Source: Macrostomum lignano
Taxonomy: Eukaryota
NCBI GenBank assembly: GCA_002269645.1
Contig: NIVC01001009.1
Coordinates: forward strand, 87,951 to 151,950
Length of the DNA: 64,000 nucleotides
Direction of reading: 5' to 3'
Shown here one piece after another: positions 27,214 to 41,157 of the stretch; position 1 is the stretch's first letter; each line of letters starts with the position of its first letter. A program made the position numbers and the translations under genes. The notes below the pieces were generated by a model. That model did no database searches and had not been told where the DNA came from. It saw only the letters and a program-made list of their open reading frames with translations.

Positions 27214-27678
27214 CCCAGACACAGACAGGCAGGCAGACAGACAGACAGACAGAGGGACAGAAAAACATACAGACAGACAGGCAGACACCCAGACACAGAC
27301 AGGCAGGCAGACAGACAGACAGACAGAGGGACAGAAAAACAGACAGACAGACAGGCAGACACCCAGACACAGACAGGCAGGCAGACAGACAGACAGACAG
27401 AGGGACAGAAAAACAGACAGACAGACAGGCAGACACCCAGACACAGACAGGCAGGCAGACAGACAGACAGACAGAGGGACAGAAAAACAGACAGACAGAC
27501 AGGCAGACACCCAGACACAGACAGGCAGGCAGACAGACAGACAGACAGAGGGACAGAAAAACAGACAGACAGACAGGCAGACACCCAGACACAGACAGGC
27601 AGACAGACAGACAGACAGACAGAGGGACAGAAAAACAGACAGACAGACAGGCAGACACCCAGACACAGACAGGCAGGC

Positions 27679-27713
<35 letters not shown>

Positions 27714-27878
27714 GGGACAGAAAAACAGACAGACAGACAGGCAGACACCCAGACACAGACAGGCAGGCAGACAGACAGACAGACAGAGGGACAGAAAAAC
27801 AGACAGACAGACAGACAGACACCCAGACACAGACAGGCAGGCAGACAGACAGACAGACAGACAGACAGGCAGACACCC

Positions 27879-27919
<41 letters not shown>

Positions 27920-30900
27920 CCCAGACACAGACAGGCAGGCAGACAGACAGAGAGCTCACCAGAGTCGCGGTTCTTCTCAATGCAGTAGCAGGCATCGTAG
28001 AACTCAGTGAAGACGCAGGCGGTCTCATACAGAAAGTCGCACAGCGAGTGCAGCAGCAAGTCCTGGGTCAGTTTATCAACAACGTCGGCAAATCGAAGCA
28101 GCTGTTTAGCCAATTTCCACTCTTTTGGATGCTGCAGCTCGGTGATGCCGGGACTTTTAGCCAGTTTGAGCAGCTGATCGGGACTGAGATTGGCGGTCCT
28201 GGCAATGGAGCTGATCCTAGTATAGGCGTACAGCAGGTAAACGGCTGTGTTGCCTCGATCGTCCAGCATCTTATCAAATGAGAACACGTAGTCATTGTTG
28301 CGATTGTGCGACAAATCAGCGTATTTAATGCAGCCATATGCTACAGCCTCTTGGGCGGCCTTGAGCTCCTGAGGCGTCAGCTCCTTGTCCCGGCCTTTCT
28401 CTGCCAGCTTTGCGCCAGCCCGCTCGATACCCTCGTTCAGCAGGTCGGTCAGGCGGACTGTGTCGCCGCTGCGGGTTTTGAATTTCTTGCGATCTTCGCC
28501 GAGTACGACGCCGAAACCGACGTGGTCGACGCGGGCAACGGCCGGATTGAGCCAGCCGGCCTTCTCGGCAGCTGAGAATATGCCCTGGGGAATGGTTCAC
28601 GGCTAAGAGAGTTGCATGTACGTTGGGGGGGGTAGCTTGGGGCTGTGGCAAAAAAGTAGAGTGAAAAGAAAGGGAGATGGGAAAGAAGGAAATTATAGAT
28701 GGGAAGAATACATGGGAAGCATGCCCTGATCGCGTGAGTCTGCTAGACGAAGTTCCTGTCACGAAGGATAACAGAGGGTTGAATAGAAGCCGGTTGAAGG
28801 ACGCACAACATTACTAAATCGGGATCCGGCGACCAGAGGATATCTTGCATCGTTGGCGTGCTTGACGGCATTAAGTCGCAACAGTGGTTCAGTTCTACTG
28901 CCACGACGGTGCAGCCGCCGCCCCAACTGATGCGTGTTCAACGGCCGTTGGATGGATCGACAAGAAGAGTCAACCCCGACGTCACTATCTTGGCGACCGG
29001 CATGCAGATCAATTTTCCTGCGCTAAGAGGCGATCCGTCTCAATAGCGGAGCAGTGTTTCGGCTCGAAGGCCAAGACTCGTCTCCCCACAGCAGAAGACG
29101 GTGAGGGAAATTTGTGGTGCATCTGGCAGGAAGACCGGAGCACGATCTATGCATACAATGGACATGCCAGTCAAGCTACTTGAGATAGTTCACGAGGACT
29201 GCATGCCCGTTTTCAAGGTGGCGGACTTCGAGGCTGACCCCCTCCCTTAGAGCAAGCAGCGCGAACTGACGAATGGTAGCGACCCGGCTGGAGGAGTCCA
29301 ACATTATTATACTCATGGCTGGTATTCTCAAGCACGTAACTGCACGTTTCAACTTTCAACTATACTTCGAGGTGTCGAAGTTTTTTTAACCACGGAGGGA
29401 TGTGAGCTGCAAAGGGCGGCTGCACCTAAAGCTAGCTGCGTAGTATGCACTTCGTTCTATGTAGCCTATAAGAGTTTTGGTTCCCACGCGCATGTTCTTC
29501 AGTGTTTTAAATAAAAAGGAGACAGTGAAGGCGTTGGTTTCACTTTTCTCTCGCCCGCATCTGCGGGCCCAAAGGCATAGCCATTGCCTTGGCTGGGCTG
29601 TAGCTAGAACCGCAGCAGCCTGGGCCCAGAAATACCGTGCTTCGAGTTCAATTCTTTGTTATCCGACGTGAGCAGAAGGCGCAGGCAGGACCCAAAATCC
29701 TACCTGTTACAGAGGCTACAATGGGCAGAGTAATAATAAAGGAGAGCCTTTAAGCTGCGCACCTTAAAATGCACTCCCTGTCCAATATCAACAACGTAGA
29801 TCAGCCAATCAGCGGACTCGGCAAACAGTCGCTGTCTAATAGCGGCCAGATCGGAGGTGTCGTAGGTGAAGCCGCCGTCAGATTTCACCACAGTGAGGGG
29901 GATGTCGCATCCAGGCGGCCACATGATGAGGCGGCCCTCGTCCGGCACCAGATGACCGCCGCTTTTCAATTCGTCGACAACTTCGGTCATGAGGTCCTGG
30001 TAGAATGATTCACCGCGTTCAACCAGATTCTCAACGCCGAGACGGTTGTACACTCGCTGGAAATAAATAGGGAGCATGGCAGAAATTACGTATTAGCAAA
30101 TTTTGCCATTCTGAATTTGGACCCCGGCTGCCAAATTGGCACTCAGCTGTAAAACTTTCCGCCAGCTCCTTTGTCCAGTTAAACAGACGCTTGTCCGCTT
30201 TTAGTTCTGAGCTGTCGGTGCTAAACAAAAAGCGGTGTGCCAGGGCACCTCGAGTACCACAGTATCATGCAAGATGACCCACTAAGGACGATATGCAATG
30301 GATGATAACAGCTTGTGCAGCCATATAAGCGTATGTTTGTGAGCAGTCCTGCCGCTCAATGGGATCGCACGATGGGCGCTGCGCTGTTTGCATTTTACGC
30401 GTTGCAGGCTTTACTGCAATATTTCAAGAAACTTAAAAAGGAAACTCCATAGCAACACGGCTTACCTGAAAGTCTTTCCTACTAGCATCGCAGATTAGTT
30501 TCCATGCGGCGGTGGAATCCGGATCCCTGCGCTGCAAGGACACCACGGCGGCGTAGGCGCGCTGTTTGAATTGCTCATCGGAGTCGAATCGAACCTTGGA
30601 CTCCTTGTAGAAGGCCTGCGATAAGTGATGATTTCATTAACTTGCGGTTAACAATTATCGGCATCTGGGTTTTTTTCGTCCGAAATCTCAAAATCTAGTT
30701 GCCAATTGCCATCCTTAGTTGCCAATTGGCAACTGACCTATTTCAGTGTCCTACTTTATAAAGTTGTTTTTGCAACAATTTTCACGCATTCACAAAAAAA
30801 TAATATGCTCAAATCAGCTCAGGCTTCAGGTTTTCAGCCAAGCCAATCTTAGCAGTATTAAATGTGACAGACTGTTTTATCATTGGCAACTGCCTTGGTT

Positions 30901-33180
30901 CAAGTTGGTTGCCAGATTGGCCTCTGATGCCACAAATCCAGCTGCCAATGGCTTTTTTGGGTAGCCAGTGGCTACCGTATGGCCTAAAAAAACCCAGATC
31001 GGCATGGCATTGTAGATGAATAGGGAGTTAGAGCTGGCCAAGCATGACCAGTAAAGGGCCTATCAACTTGAGCTCATAAAGCGGAGCCCGAGTAACCTAT
31101 GTACACAAATGATAGGTCATTCTTCTCGCAGTGGATAGGGGTGACTTGGGATAGGGGTGAACAAGCAAGGCCAAGGGGACAATTAGGACTCTACCTTATG
31201 AGCTTAAGTTGGCATAATAGTCCCTAAATTATTTACAAGTCCAATTTTCGTTGCTTTTTGCCAAACCCAGATTCTTGGTGTCACTGTGAGCAGAATGACG
31301 CATCATTTATATACATAGGTTACTCGGGCTCCACTTTATGAGCTTAAGTTGACAGGCCCTTTGTAATTTTATCGCTCAATAAATTTCTATCTATTGACAA
31401 TATTAATGCTACACTACTACAACTAATGATTTACGAGATTAACTTTTTCATAATAAATATCATTAATAACAACTATCTACTTTATACAACTAAAATTCTT
31501 CAACTGCTACTAATACTACTACTAGCATTAATAATCATGCAGCAGCTACAATTTGCTCACCTGCAGATCCCCAATAGGCGGACACTTGGTCGCATAATCC
31601 GGGAATCGGTCCTTCAGGTGTGCAATCAGCATACCGAACTGGGTGCCCCAATCGCCAACGTGATTCAAAGCCAACACTTCATGGCCTAAAAAACGGCACA
31701 GTCGAGCTACGCTATCACCAATAATAGTTGACCTTAGATGACCCACGTGCATCTGCTTAGCAATGTTAGGCGACGAATAATCCACAATAACACGACGCTT
31801 CCGGTCCACGGGCGGCGGACGGACGCCGTGCACCAGCAGCCGGTTCAGCTCCTCAATAACCGGCTGCCGACGAAGCGAAATGTTGATGAAGCCGGGACCG
31901 GCGATCTCGGTTTTCTCAATCAGATCGCCAGCTTCCAGCTTGTCAACTATCGCCGCGGCAACCTGCCTTGGCTGCAGCTTGACCGCTTTAGCTAGCGACA
32001 TTGCGTTACTGCACTGATAGTCGCCAAATTCTTCTTTAGCGCTCGATGTCAGCTGTACTTTAACCACCGTTGCCGCTTCCGGATAAGCGGCCCGAATCGC
32101 CGCTTGAAGATGGGCACTCAGCGCCGCCTGTACGCTGATCATGCGGTCCAGGGGCTTGGCTCGCTCCTTTGCTATGCTCTGCGGGTTTCGGGTTCACCTA
32201 AACTGTGCTCATATTGTCTGGCAACTGTCTGTCTACCAGCTGTAAACTAACCTCGTCCTCGACTGCTTTCACCTGAACAGACTGGACTACTCTACCAGAC
32301 TCCTAACATACTGAACTACTCTACCAGACTCCTAACAGACTGGACTACTCTACCAGAATCCTAACATACTGAACTACTCTACCAGACTCCTAACATACTG
32401 AACTACTCTACCAGACTCCTAACAGACTGAACTACTCTACCAGACTCCTAACAGACTGAACTACTCTACCAGACTCCTAACAGACTGAACTACTCTACCA
32501 GACTCCTAACATACTGAACTACTCTACCAGACTCCTAACAGACTGAACTACTCTACCAGACTCCTAACAGACTGAACTACTCTACCAGACTCCTAACAGA
32601 CTGAACTACTCTACCAGACTCCTAACATACTGAACTACTCTACCAGACTCCTAACAGACTGAACTACTCTACCAGACTTCTAACAGACTGAACTACTCTA
32701 CCAGACTCCTAACAGACTGAACTACTCTACCAGACTCCTAACAGACTGAACTACTCTACCAGACTCCTAACAGACTGGACTACTCTACCAGACTCCTAAC
32801 AGACTGGACTACTCTACCAGACTCCTAACAGACTGAACTACTCTACCAGACTCCTAACAGACTGAATTACTCTACCAGACTCCTAACAGACTGGACTACT
32901 CTACCAGACTCCTAACAGACTGAACTACTCTACCAGACTCCTAACAGACTGGACTACTCTACCAGACTCCTAACAGACTGGACTACTCTACGAGGCTCAT
33001 ACTACTAGCCATTAGCCAAAGAATAATTTCTGCTCTCACCATTTTTAATTGCTGGACTCTGTAGCGACACTTTAAATTTTCATCAACCAGTTTTTCCAGC
33101 TCAGGATCATCACTCAAGTCAAGCTGCTGGTAAATCTTTTCAACTTCGTGCTCCAGTTGATCGATTTCTGCGTCCATCAT
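26584..33180 (-). CDS. RARS1: Arginine--tRNA ligase, cytoplasmic (class Id)
   Basis: Exons 33180-33040, 32178-31561, 30615-30466, 30056-29763, 28584-27960 and 26693-26584, all GT-AG and in frame (~645 aa). Motifs: HIGH-type [74 protein letters not shown], and C-terminal [13 protein letters not shown]. Confidence 0.98.
26880..27950. repeat. Composite (GACA)n / GGCA / CACCCA satellite filling most of the last RARS1 intron
   Basis: Ends about 9 nt from the donor at 27959; recurring ~60-bp higher-order pattern. Confidence 0.96.
30665..30997. mobile_element. MITE with 8-bp TSD (hAT- or P-type)
   Basis: Termini CTGGGTTTTTTT / AAAAAAACCCAG flanked by the exact direct repeat ATCGGCAT at 30657-30664 and 30998-31005; in RARS1 intron 2. 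Confidence 0.8.
31053..31362. mobile_element. MITE with ~60-bp imperfect terminal inverted repeats
   Basis: AAAGGGCCTATCAACTTGAGCTCATAAAGCGGAGCCCGAGTAACCTATGTA... is mirrored at ~31300-31362; no clean TSD seen. Confidence 0.75.
32280..32990. repeat. 29-bp minisatellite (CTAACAGACTGAACTACTCTACCAGACTC) in RARS1 intron 1
   Basis: About 24 copies. Confidence 0.96.
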
Positions 33181-36115
33181 AAACAGAAAAATGCATAATG
33201 AACAAAAATACAACTGTTTTATTTCTAAATAGAATAAAGGAAATTTAAGACGCATAAATCTTGAGTTAGGAATACTTATAAACATGGCATCTATTTATGA
33301 GACTAGCATTAGAGCATGTCATGTCCAAGAATATCAAAACTGCCTTTCAATGGTTAACCAATTATTAAAATCATCTGCACCAATGCTATTATTTTTTCAT
33401 TTCTAATTTCCCTCCTATTTTACCCACTGAGGCCTTAGCTTTGGCTTCTTAAGAAAAGAAATATGCATGGCTGAATGCTTGAAACCTATGGAATAGTGAC
33501 TAAATTGGATAAGATATGGGAGGGAAATATTTGGCAATAATGCAGTTATCCTATTATTTTATCAATATGCTGTTTTGTAAGGTTAAATATTATTATTCAT
33601 AGTATATATTTTCAATTAAATCTTCTTTATATATTTTGCCATCCTAAATGAATAAAAATCAATAGACTTAATATGCACCTTGAAATGCAAATTGACACAT
33701 CTAAAAAATCAGACCATCATTTAGGGTTGCAAATGCAGCAATATGATGGCATGATAAACAGAAGGTGTAGAACTGGCAAGATCCCTTGTTTGGTCATTAA
33801 TGTTTAGTCATATAATATATTATTTTTAAGGTAAAATAAGTCTAGGGTTTATTAAAAATTTATGAAAGCTTCAACTAGCATTCTGATTACTTTAAAGTAT
33901 ACATGTAACTGACATATACATGTAGGTTGGAATTTGCCAAGCACCAAAGATGCACAATTGGCATATATGCAATGGATAATGAATAAAGGTTATCTCTAAG
34001 AGCACATTATATATGCAAATGAATATGGACTCAACCTATGGACTTTATGGTCTAAGGGATAGACAACTATTAATGATTAGGCTATGTGCATTACTGATGG
34101 CTATTGGCTAGTATAGTCCTAATGTGACCATTGTTTTTACTGAGTCCTCAACTTTGGTTCGTTACATATACCATGTCAACAGATTTACAAAAGAATATTT
34201 TGCTATTTTGCTTGAAAGCATCTATTTCCCTATTGTAGCCATGCCAGATACCATCTTTTTCTATGCCAGACTATGCTACACCTTGCCTATACTGCTAGGG
34301 GCCAATCTACAATAGACAGTGTTTGCAATAATGGCTATTGGCTGCAATAAAGGATCTGTATTAGTTGACATTAAGGGCTAAACAATATCAAATTTATAAG
34401 ATTTTTAAGACTTGGGTTCTATACTTTTGAGATAAAATGAAATTCAACCAAGATTTAAGATCAAGCCTAATTAGCATCTACAAGCTAATGGGCCTATTTA
34501 TACTATTCTATCTATATATCCATGTTAATATTTTTATTTGGTAAATGCATTGCTGAGACATTGCTCAATGACACATGATATTACCCTTTACCATGAAACA
34601 TCTTTGCCTAATGACTGATGCATGAACTTTACTTCTAATTAATTATTTATCTGTTTAAAAAAGACTTGATTCATTGAAGATAAGATCTAAAGTTACTAGT
34701 GAAAAAATTGATCTAAGGTTCTTTGATATAGCTTATAAGCTGAAGCTGATTATATAGATTTTGGCTATCTTTGATAGATTTGAAGTCATTTTTGACAGTC
34801 TTGAAATAGAAATGTATAATTATATTTGCTGCTATTGAATGCTGCTATTTTTCATATAGCTGCTTGTGAACTCTAAAACAATGGAACATATAGCAAAGCA
34901 TAAACTGTTCAGTTGTTTTAGAATTCATTAGTAGCTATATGAAAAATACAACTAGAAGTTTGATAGATATTGATTTTTGAAGTTTTGTTCTATCTATTAT
35001 GGTTCAAAAGTTACAAGTGCTTAAAGTTTAAAAACATAATGGGACCCTTTCATGGAATGACCTCGATATCATTTCAATTATTTACATTTATCCTAGTTAA
35101 TACCTTTAGAAAAACCACTCCTCCAATTTAGCCTTGAATTATAAAAACTTTGCAGCAACTAACTTTAAATATCTATCTATTATATGCCTTACACTGATAT
35201 TTTATAATGTATACTACATGCCAATTATGCATGCTCACAACTACACTTTCCTTCATTTGCACACAGAAAATTTTAAATGCATACTATATTGTTGCAACTG
35301 CAATTAGCATTGGTATGCACTTAGGCCCTATTTAGTGTCAGTGTCTATTTACTTGGCATTAGTATACATTGATTTAAAGCATTCTAGCATGCACTCAACA
35401 TGATCTGGACTATGGCTTTTTAAGTTTTTGAAAAAATTGAAGGAAAAAATTAAATAATGCTACATTAAAAATTAAATATTTGAAATAATTATTGAAGAAA
35501 AAAGTAGATTCTATAATTTCAAGTTACCAACTCAGAGATTCTAATATATACAATATTTGGTCTATAATAGGCCCCAATAAGATATCTTTGAGTCTACTTT
35601 GGTATGGTATATGTATCTAAACCCTAGCATATCTAGAAATAAAAATAGATCAGTTATGCATATTAGCATGTATACATAAGTCTGCATCAATCCAAATCTC
35701 TTGAAGTATGTGAGAATATAATGTATCTCAATAATTTTAGCTATTCTTTCTTTAAAGTTTGTTTACATATTCTTTTGGAGCATATCATATTAACATTTTT
35801 ATTCTCACTTGTTCAAGAAGTGGCTATTATCAAAATGGTTATCATTTGTTACTAAAGTGGACTGTTACTATTATATCACTGGCAACTTTGGCAGGAAAAT
35901 TTCAAATTTATAATTAGGCCCTATATAATTTATAGATATATGCACTACACATACTAAATTAAAAATAGCAGGCCCATTTTTCTAAATATAATACAATTTA
36001 GCTACTGTACAAATAAGAAAAGCATTATTATCAGTGGCATATAGATAATATTTTATTGAAGAGCTAGTATGCATGGTAGGGTAAAGGACCAAGACTACCA
36101 CACTTGGGGTAGCTA

Positions 36116-37422
36116 GGGTAAAGCATCATCAACCGAACATAAAAGTATCATTTTTCAACCTTCTTTCTTGCATAGCAAAAAAGTTTTATATGTAGTGAAA
36201 TAAAACTATCCAGAAGTTGTTTAGAACATTTTTTTTCTTTTAAATGAATGGTTGCTTTATTTTATTGCACAAGTAGAAAAAAAGTTATTGATGATTTTAT
36301 CTGAAAACCAAACGATGATTCTAGGGGATGTTCAGACCGAACAGGGTATCTGGTGTTCGGTTTTTGTGTTCGAACACTAATAACTTTTTTATTTCTTGTT
36401 TGTTTTTTCTGCAATATATCTTATTGTAAAGATTAATTCATACTCTTTCTAAAAAGTATAACTTTTGCACTAAGAGTTATAGAAAAATATTGTTTATCTG
36501 CATTTGAATATAGTACCCCCATTGAACAGAAAAATCGTGACTTTTTTCTGATTTCTTCAAACTTTTTGATGTTAAAAGTAATGAAGAAGCCAAACTTTTC
36601 TTCTGATTTTAGACTATCTAATTAGACTAACATTAATGAATTTTAAACTATCACATGTTTCTTAAAGCAGACAAGATATTTTGTTCATTTCAAAGTGCCT
36701 CCCGAGGAGCATTTATTTTGCTATAATACCTTGCTTTTAGAAATTAAAGGTACCCCTAGTTTACTTTCGTCCTCTTTTGACTATATTATAAGTATTTTTA
36801 AACGATAAAGGAGGAAAAGAAGGAAAAAGTTAAGTAAAAATAAAAACACATAGCTTAAATGAGTTGTTTTTTAAATAAAATATCTTTTTTAATATAAGGT
36901 AGAAGAAGCAAGCAAAAAGTTTTTTTGGACCATTTTTGTTTGTTCGTATTTAAGGATTCTTCCGTTCAGTTGATGATTCTGAGATCTGAAAACCGAACCG
37001 AACATGCAATTTGGTATCATCAACGGAACAAAGACATTTTTTGCTCAACTTTATATCAGATTGGTATGTGTTATATTATTTTGTAGATAATTTAGCACTG
37101 AATTCAAAAAGTGTTTCCTTTTGAATGTAAGTTTAAAATTGTGGTCTATAGAACAATTCTATAGACATCCCAAATCAAGAAAAAAACTTTAAAATGCATA
37201 TTTCTTCAAATTTTTTATCAATAATGCTAATTTTCTCGAGTATCCATTAAGTAGATCATCAAACCTGAATCTCATTTTGTAGATGAGAATATCTTCTTTC
37301 AAATGATATGTCACTTTTGTGGACTCTTGGAATATCTAATATTCCCTGTGAGACAGTAAAAATGAAAGTCAATTGTATATTCGGCTCTGAAGATCCCTTG
37401 TTTGGTTGATGATGCTTTACCC
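36116..37422. mobile_element. Non-autonomous DNA transposon, 24-bp TIR, TA flanks
   Basis: GGGTAAAGCATCATCAACCGAACA (36116-36139) versus TGTTTGGTTGATGATGCTTTACCC (37399-37422), one mismatch; TA on both sides; no ORF inside. Confidence 0.8.
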
Positions 37423-39494
37423 TATATTAAATTTAAATTTAAATCAGCACCATCAAAAACCCTAGAGGCAAAATTATGATGCTATCAATACTGTAACTAA
37501 CTTATCAACCTAGGTCTAAAGTTAAAGAAGTTGCGAATTCCTTGGACCTAACGAGACAACGAGTATAAATAAATGAAAAATTACAAATGAAAAATTATGG
37601 GTACGGATGGGGCAGGGTCAGATCGTAATATTCCATTTCGTCATATCGGATGACGAAGTGACCAGAAGCAAAGTAGCTTGAAGAGTAATATGATGAAGTG
37701 ACCAAATATTTAGTTATGATGGATACTTCGTCATCAACCAATCAATCTGTGCTTGATTCGAGTTAGTGTAAACTATTTTTTGTTTAATAAATATAAGCTG
37801 CGGCAAGCAGAACCGATCGATCGACAGGTTTTATCAATCGAGATGACAAAATGACTGGGATCATTAGGATTCCAAGTAGGGCCTAAATATATTTAATTGC
37901 CACAATAATTCACTTGAAGTTAGAACTAATTAATGTGATTGGTGGATGACGAAATGACTCTCTTCAGGTAGTGCATGTTAATTAAGATGACGAAAGTGAC
38001 CATAGTCGAGGTGAGCACCCCAGACACCCAGATGACGAAATGGCAGATGACGAGATGGACCTAGGGTCACTCGCGGCAGATGTGGTGAAAATAAAAAAAA
38101 TGCTTAATAATTCTTAGAAATCAGAGTAGTTTAACTTAAGCAGATGTAATATTGAAGAACAAATATTGCTTAATTATAATCCAGCCTTCGTGAGCAAGAA
38201 AATTTAAGGTCCAATCAGGCCAGGCCTAGTCTTCAAACAATTTTTTATCTAAATACGATGGCACACCTACGACATACTGCTTATAGTCCGAAGAACAGAA
38301 CAACAGGCTCGCACCTTAGGCTTACATTGATTTGCGATGGTCTGATAATGCACTTTACAAATTTACACATAAAAGTAAGAGCTGACTCGCTTTTACATAT
38401 ACTTGTAGTGGATTATAGTCGTTCCGGTGACAAGCAAAGGTTTAGGCCTATGTCGGACGTCGGTGCAGATTGCTTTATCACCGACTGTCGACCGACCCCA
38501 AGCCCAAGGCCTTGCACTTGCACATGGCAGGCAGGCAAGTATTAAGGACCACGCCAAACTGTTAGGGGCCTATACTACTGAAGTGGTCCTTGGTCTGGTT
38601 AGGCTACTGGTTCCAGACAAATAGCAATGACAAAAATGTTTTTCCGTGGTCTCCCCAATGCATTTTAGGCCTACTAAGTCTAAGGGCTAAGCCTCACTTT
38701 AAAAAAAATTGTTTGAAAGGTTTTGCCATGCCTATTTTATTTTTGTGTATTACTTTTACTAAGTTAAGTATGCTTATTAATTAATATTAGCTTAGTATTA
38801 ATAATTAGACCTAAATAGGATAGTATTAGATTTATTTTTATAAATAAATAAGGAAGGCCAAGGCAAGGCCACAGAAATAAAAAGGTTAAAATCAATTTTA
38901 TTCTTAGGTAGGCCTCTACTATAGAAATTGGTTAGGCCTAAGACATGTAAAAGTCATATCAAAAATATATTAAAATAATTTTTAGGAAAAAGATCATAAT
39001 ACTATAATAGTACTAATAGACAAAATGAATTTAGATATTTTGACTATGATTCATATTATGATATTAGTAATTGATCTCAACTTGAATATGCAACTCTAAT
39101 AGGCTTTACCATATTACTATAATTTAGATTGTGTATTATTATATATTAGGTCTAGTATGTTAAGGTTAATTGTATCTGCCTAGCACTCTCTAGTTTGTAT
39201 ATATGCTTAGTATCTCCCAGCCTCCTTTTTTGTCTATATATATGATGGGGTGATTGTTGCAAGAGACTAAGTTAAAGAGTATAAGGTATTATAGGCCTTT
39301 CAATAAGCACTTAATTGTCAATTTTTATTATTTGCTTAATTGATAGCCCTCTTACTTATTTAATTTCTACAATATGGCACCCAAATTAAATTCTAAAACC
39401 ATATTAAAATGAAATCAGGTAAAGTAGCTCGCTTAATGAAAAGTAGATAAATAAAGTTCAATATCAACATTAAGTATTAGTTATTTATTTGAGT

Positions 39495-40300
39495 TACCAA
39501 TGCATTTTGTCCAATATTGGACATCTTCAGGGTTGAAATATATTTGAACCAAATTATTTCACACAAACAGTATATATAGTAAGTGGAGAGAAGTATGAAA
39601 GTACATATAATTTTGATGGTTTAAAAGCTATGCAGAGTTGACAGCTAGCCCCACCTATCGCAAATTGGTTATTTAATATGGGCTGTCTCATTTTAATATA
39701 CAGGGCTTCTAATAGGCAGAGTATATGAATATGATCTCTATTGCAAAAATCAATAGCCTTAATCATCTCGTGTGGATCAGCATCACAACAACTGTTGCAA
39801 GTTAGCAGTTTTTGTTAATGGCAGAGTTTTTTAGCCAGTGTTCTCTAACCCTCGTGTACAGGTATTGTTTAGTTTTCCTAATATAGGAGATGCTCTGGTC
39901 CTCAGAGAAAATAAATTTGTATATGACACCTGCTGCAATAAGACGAGGAATACTGGATTTCAGCTTACAGACAAACTTAGCAACCTTTTCAGTGCAAAAA
40001 ACAACATGGATTTAAGTGTTTAAGTCTTGATAGAACAGTTTTTCAATCTTATTTTTGAACTCAATAGATCAAACCCCAAAGAAAGGTAAAGTGATCAAGG
40101 GACAATCAGAGGTGGATTTACGAACTTTCATCTGAGTAGGTTCAGTCAGTTTGCCATTGAGAAGTGTTAACAATTTTCAACACAGTTCCTAGGGAAGCTG
40201 AGAACCAGTTGAGAACCTGATTTTGCTAGAAGCCATGACTGAATGAACTATTATTGACTTTTCAAAAGCCGATAGTGACTATTGACATCTGAGTTCTCAG
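39495..40300 (-). mobile_element. Decayed Penelope-like retroelement (GIY-YIG endonuclease end plus 3' region)
   Basis: Minus-strand translation with stops: ITLPFFG..IEFKNKIEKLF..KSSIPRLIAAGVIYKFIF..SYIRKTKQYLYTRVREHW..INKNC. It continues in another frame as LCLLEALYIKMRQPILNNQ. This matches the GIY-YIG layout (GVIY..YIG..R..EH..LEA.I....LN). Confidence 0.8.
39497..39535 (-). ncRNA. Degenerate minimal hammerhead ribozyme motif
   Basis: Minus strand reads ACC-CTGAAGA-T-GTCC-AATATT-GGAC-AAAA-TGCA-TT-GGT; the conserved GAAA appears as AAAA. Confidence 0.55.
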
Positions 40301-40763
40301 TCTTTATTCCTTTCTTAGTTTCAATATTCAAGTTCTTATTCTTATCCTAGCATATTGTGCTCATACTCTATGAGCATTTCTCTCCTACCAGTACATTAGT
40401 TGAGCCTCAATGCAACAATTGGTTTTCCCTATGTTACAGTATGCTAGTGATAGTGATAGTGCTTACATTTTTGCTCCTTGGCACCTTTTGTATTTTTGCT
40501 TTTTTGATAACTTAGTACTCTAGTGATAGTGCATTATATTTTTAGTTATCAAGTCTATTGTAATAATGAATCATTAAGGGGAGTGTTATGGGTTAGTTAT
40601 ATGACTGCTTAGCACCCTTTGGTTTGTGTATACTTGGCATCCCCCCTCTGTGTGTATAATAGGGTGGTTGTTCTGAGAGACTTGAGTTAAATATATTATA
40701 AGGTATTGCAGGCCTCTCAGTCAATGCTTAATTGTTGCTTTTTCTTCTTAGCTAAATCAATGG

Positions 40764-41157
40764 GGATGCTTTCACAAGGTCAAAACTTCACAAGGTCAAA
40801 ATTTCACAACATTGAAAACTCTAGCAAGAGACTTCATAAGGTTGAAATTTCACAAGGTCAAAATTTCATAACATTGAAAACTCAAATAGAAACCACTTTC
40901 ACAAGGTTGAAACTTCACAAGGTTAAAAACTTAATATAACAAGAACTATGCAGTAGTTTTCTATATTGTGAAATTTCGACCTTGTAAAGTTTCGACCTTG
41001 TGAAAGTGGTTGCTATTTGAGTTTTCGATGTTGTGAAATTTCAACCTTATGAAGTCTCTTGCTAAAGTTTTCAGTGTTGTGAAATTTCGACCTTGTGAAA
41101 GTGGTTGCTATTTGAGTTAAATGTTATGAAATTTCGAGTTTGTTAAACCCCCCCCCC
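40764..41157. mobile_element. Foldback/MULE-like MITE with 9-bp TSD
   Basis: Arms built of TTCACAAGGT[C/T]... subrepeats in inverted orientation; GG...CC termini; AATCAATGG at 40755-40763 and 41158-41166. Confidence 0.75.

Noticed and set aside
28730-29300. GC-rich stretch with short ORFs in RARS1 intron 4
   Set aside because: May be a decayed retroelement, but I could not assign any domain, LTR pair or TSD.
37590-38075. Dispersed GATGACGAA motifs
   Set aside because: Suggestive of a MITE, but no termini or TSD could be defined.
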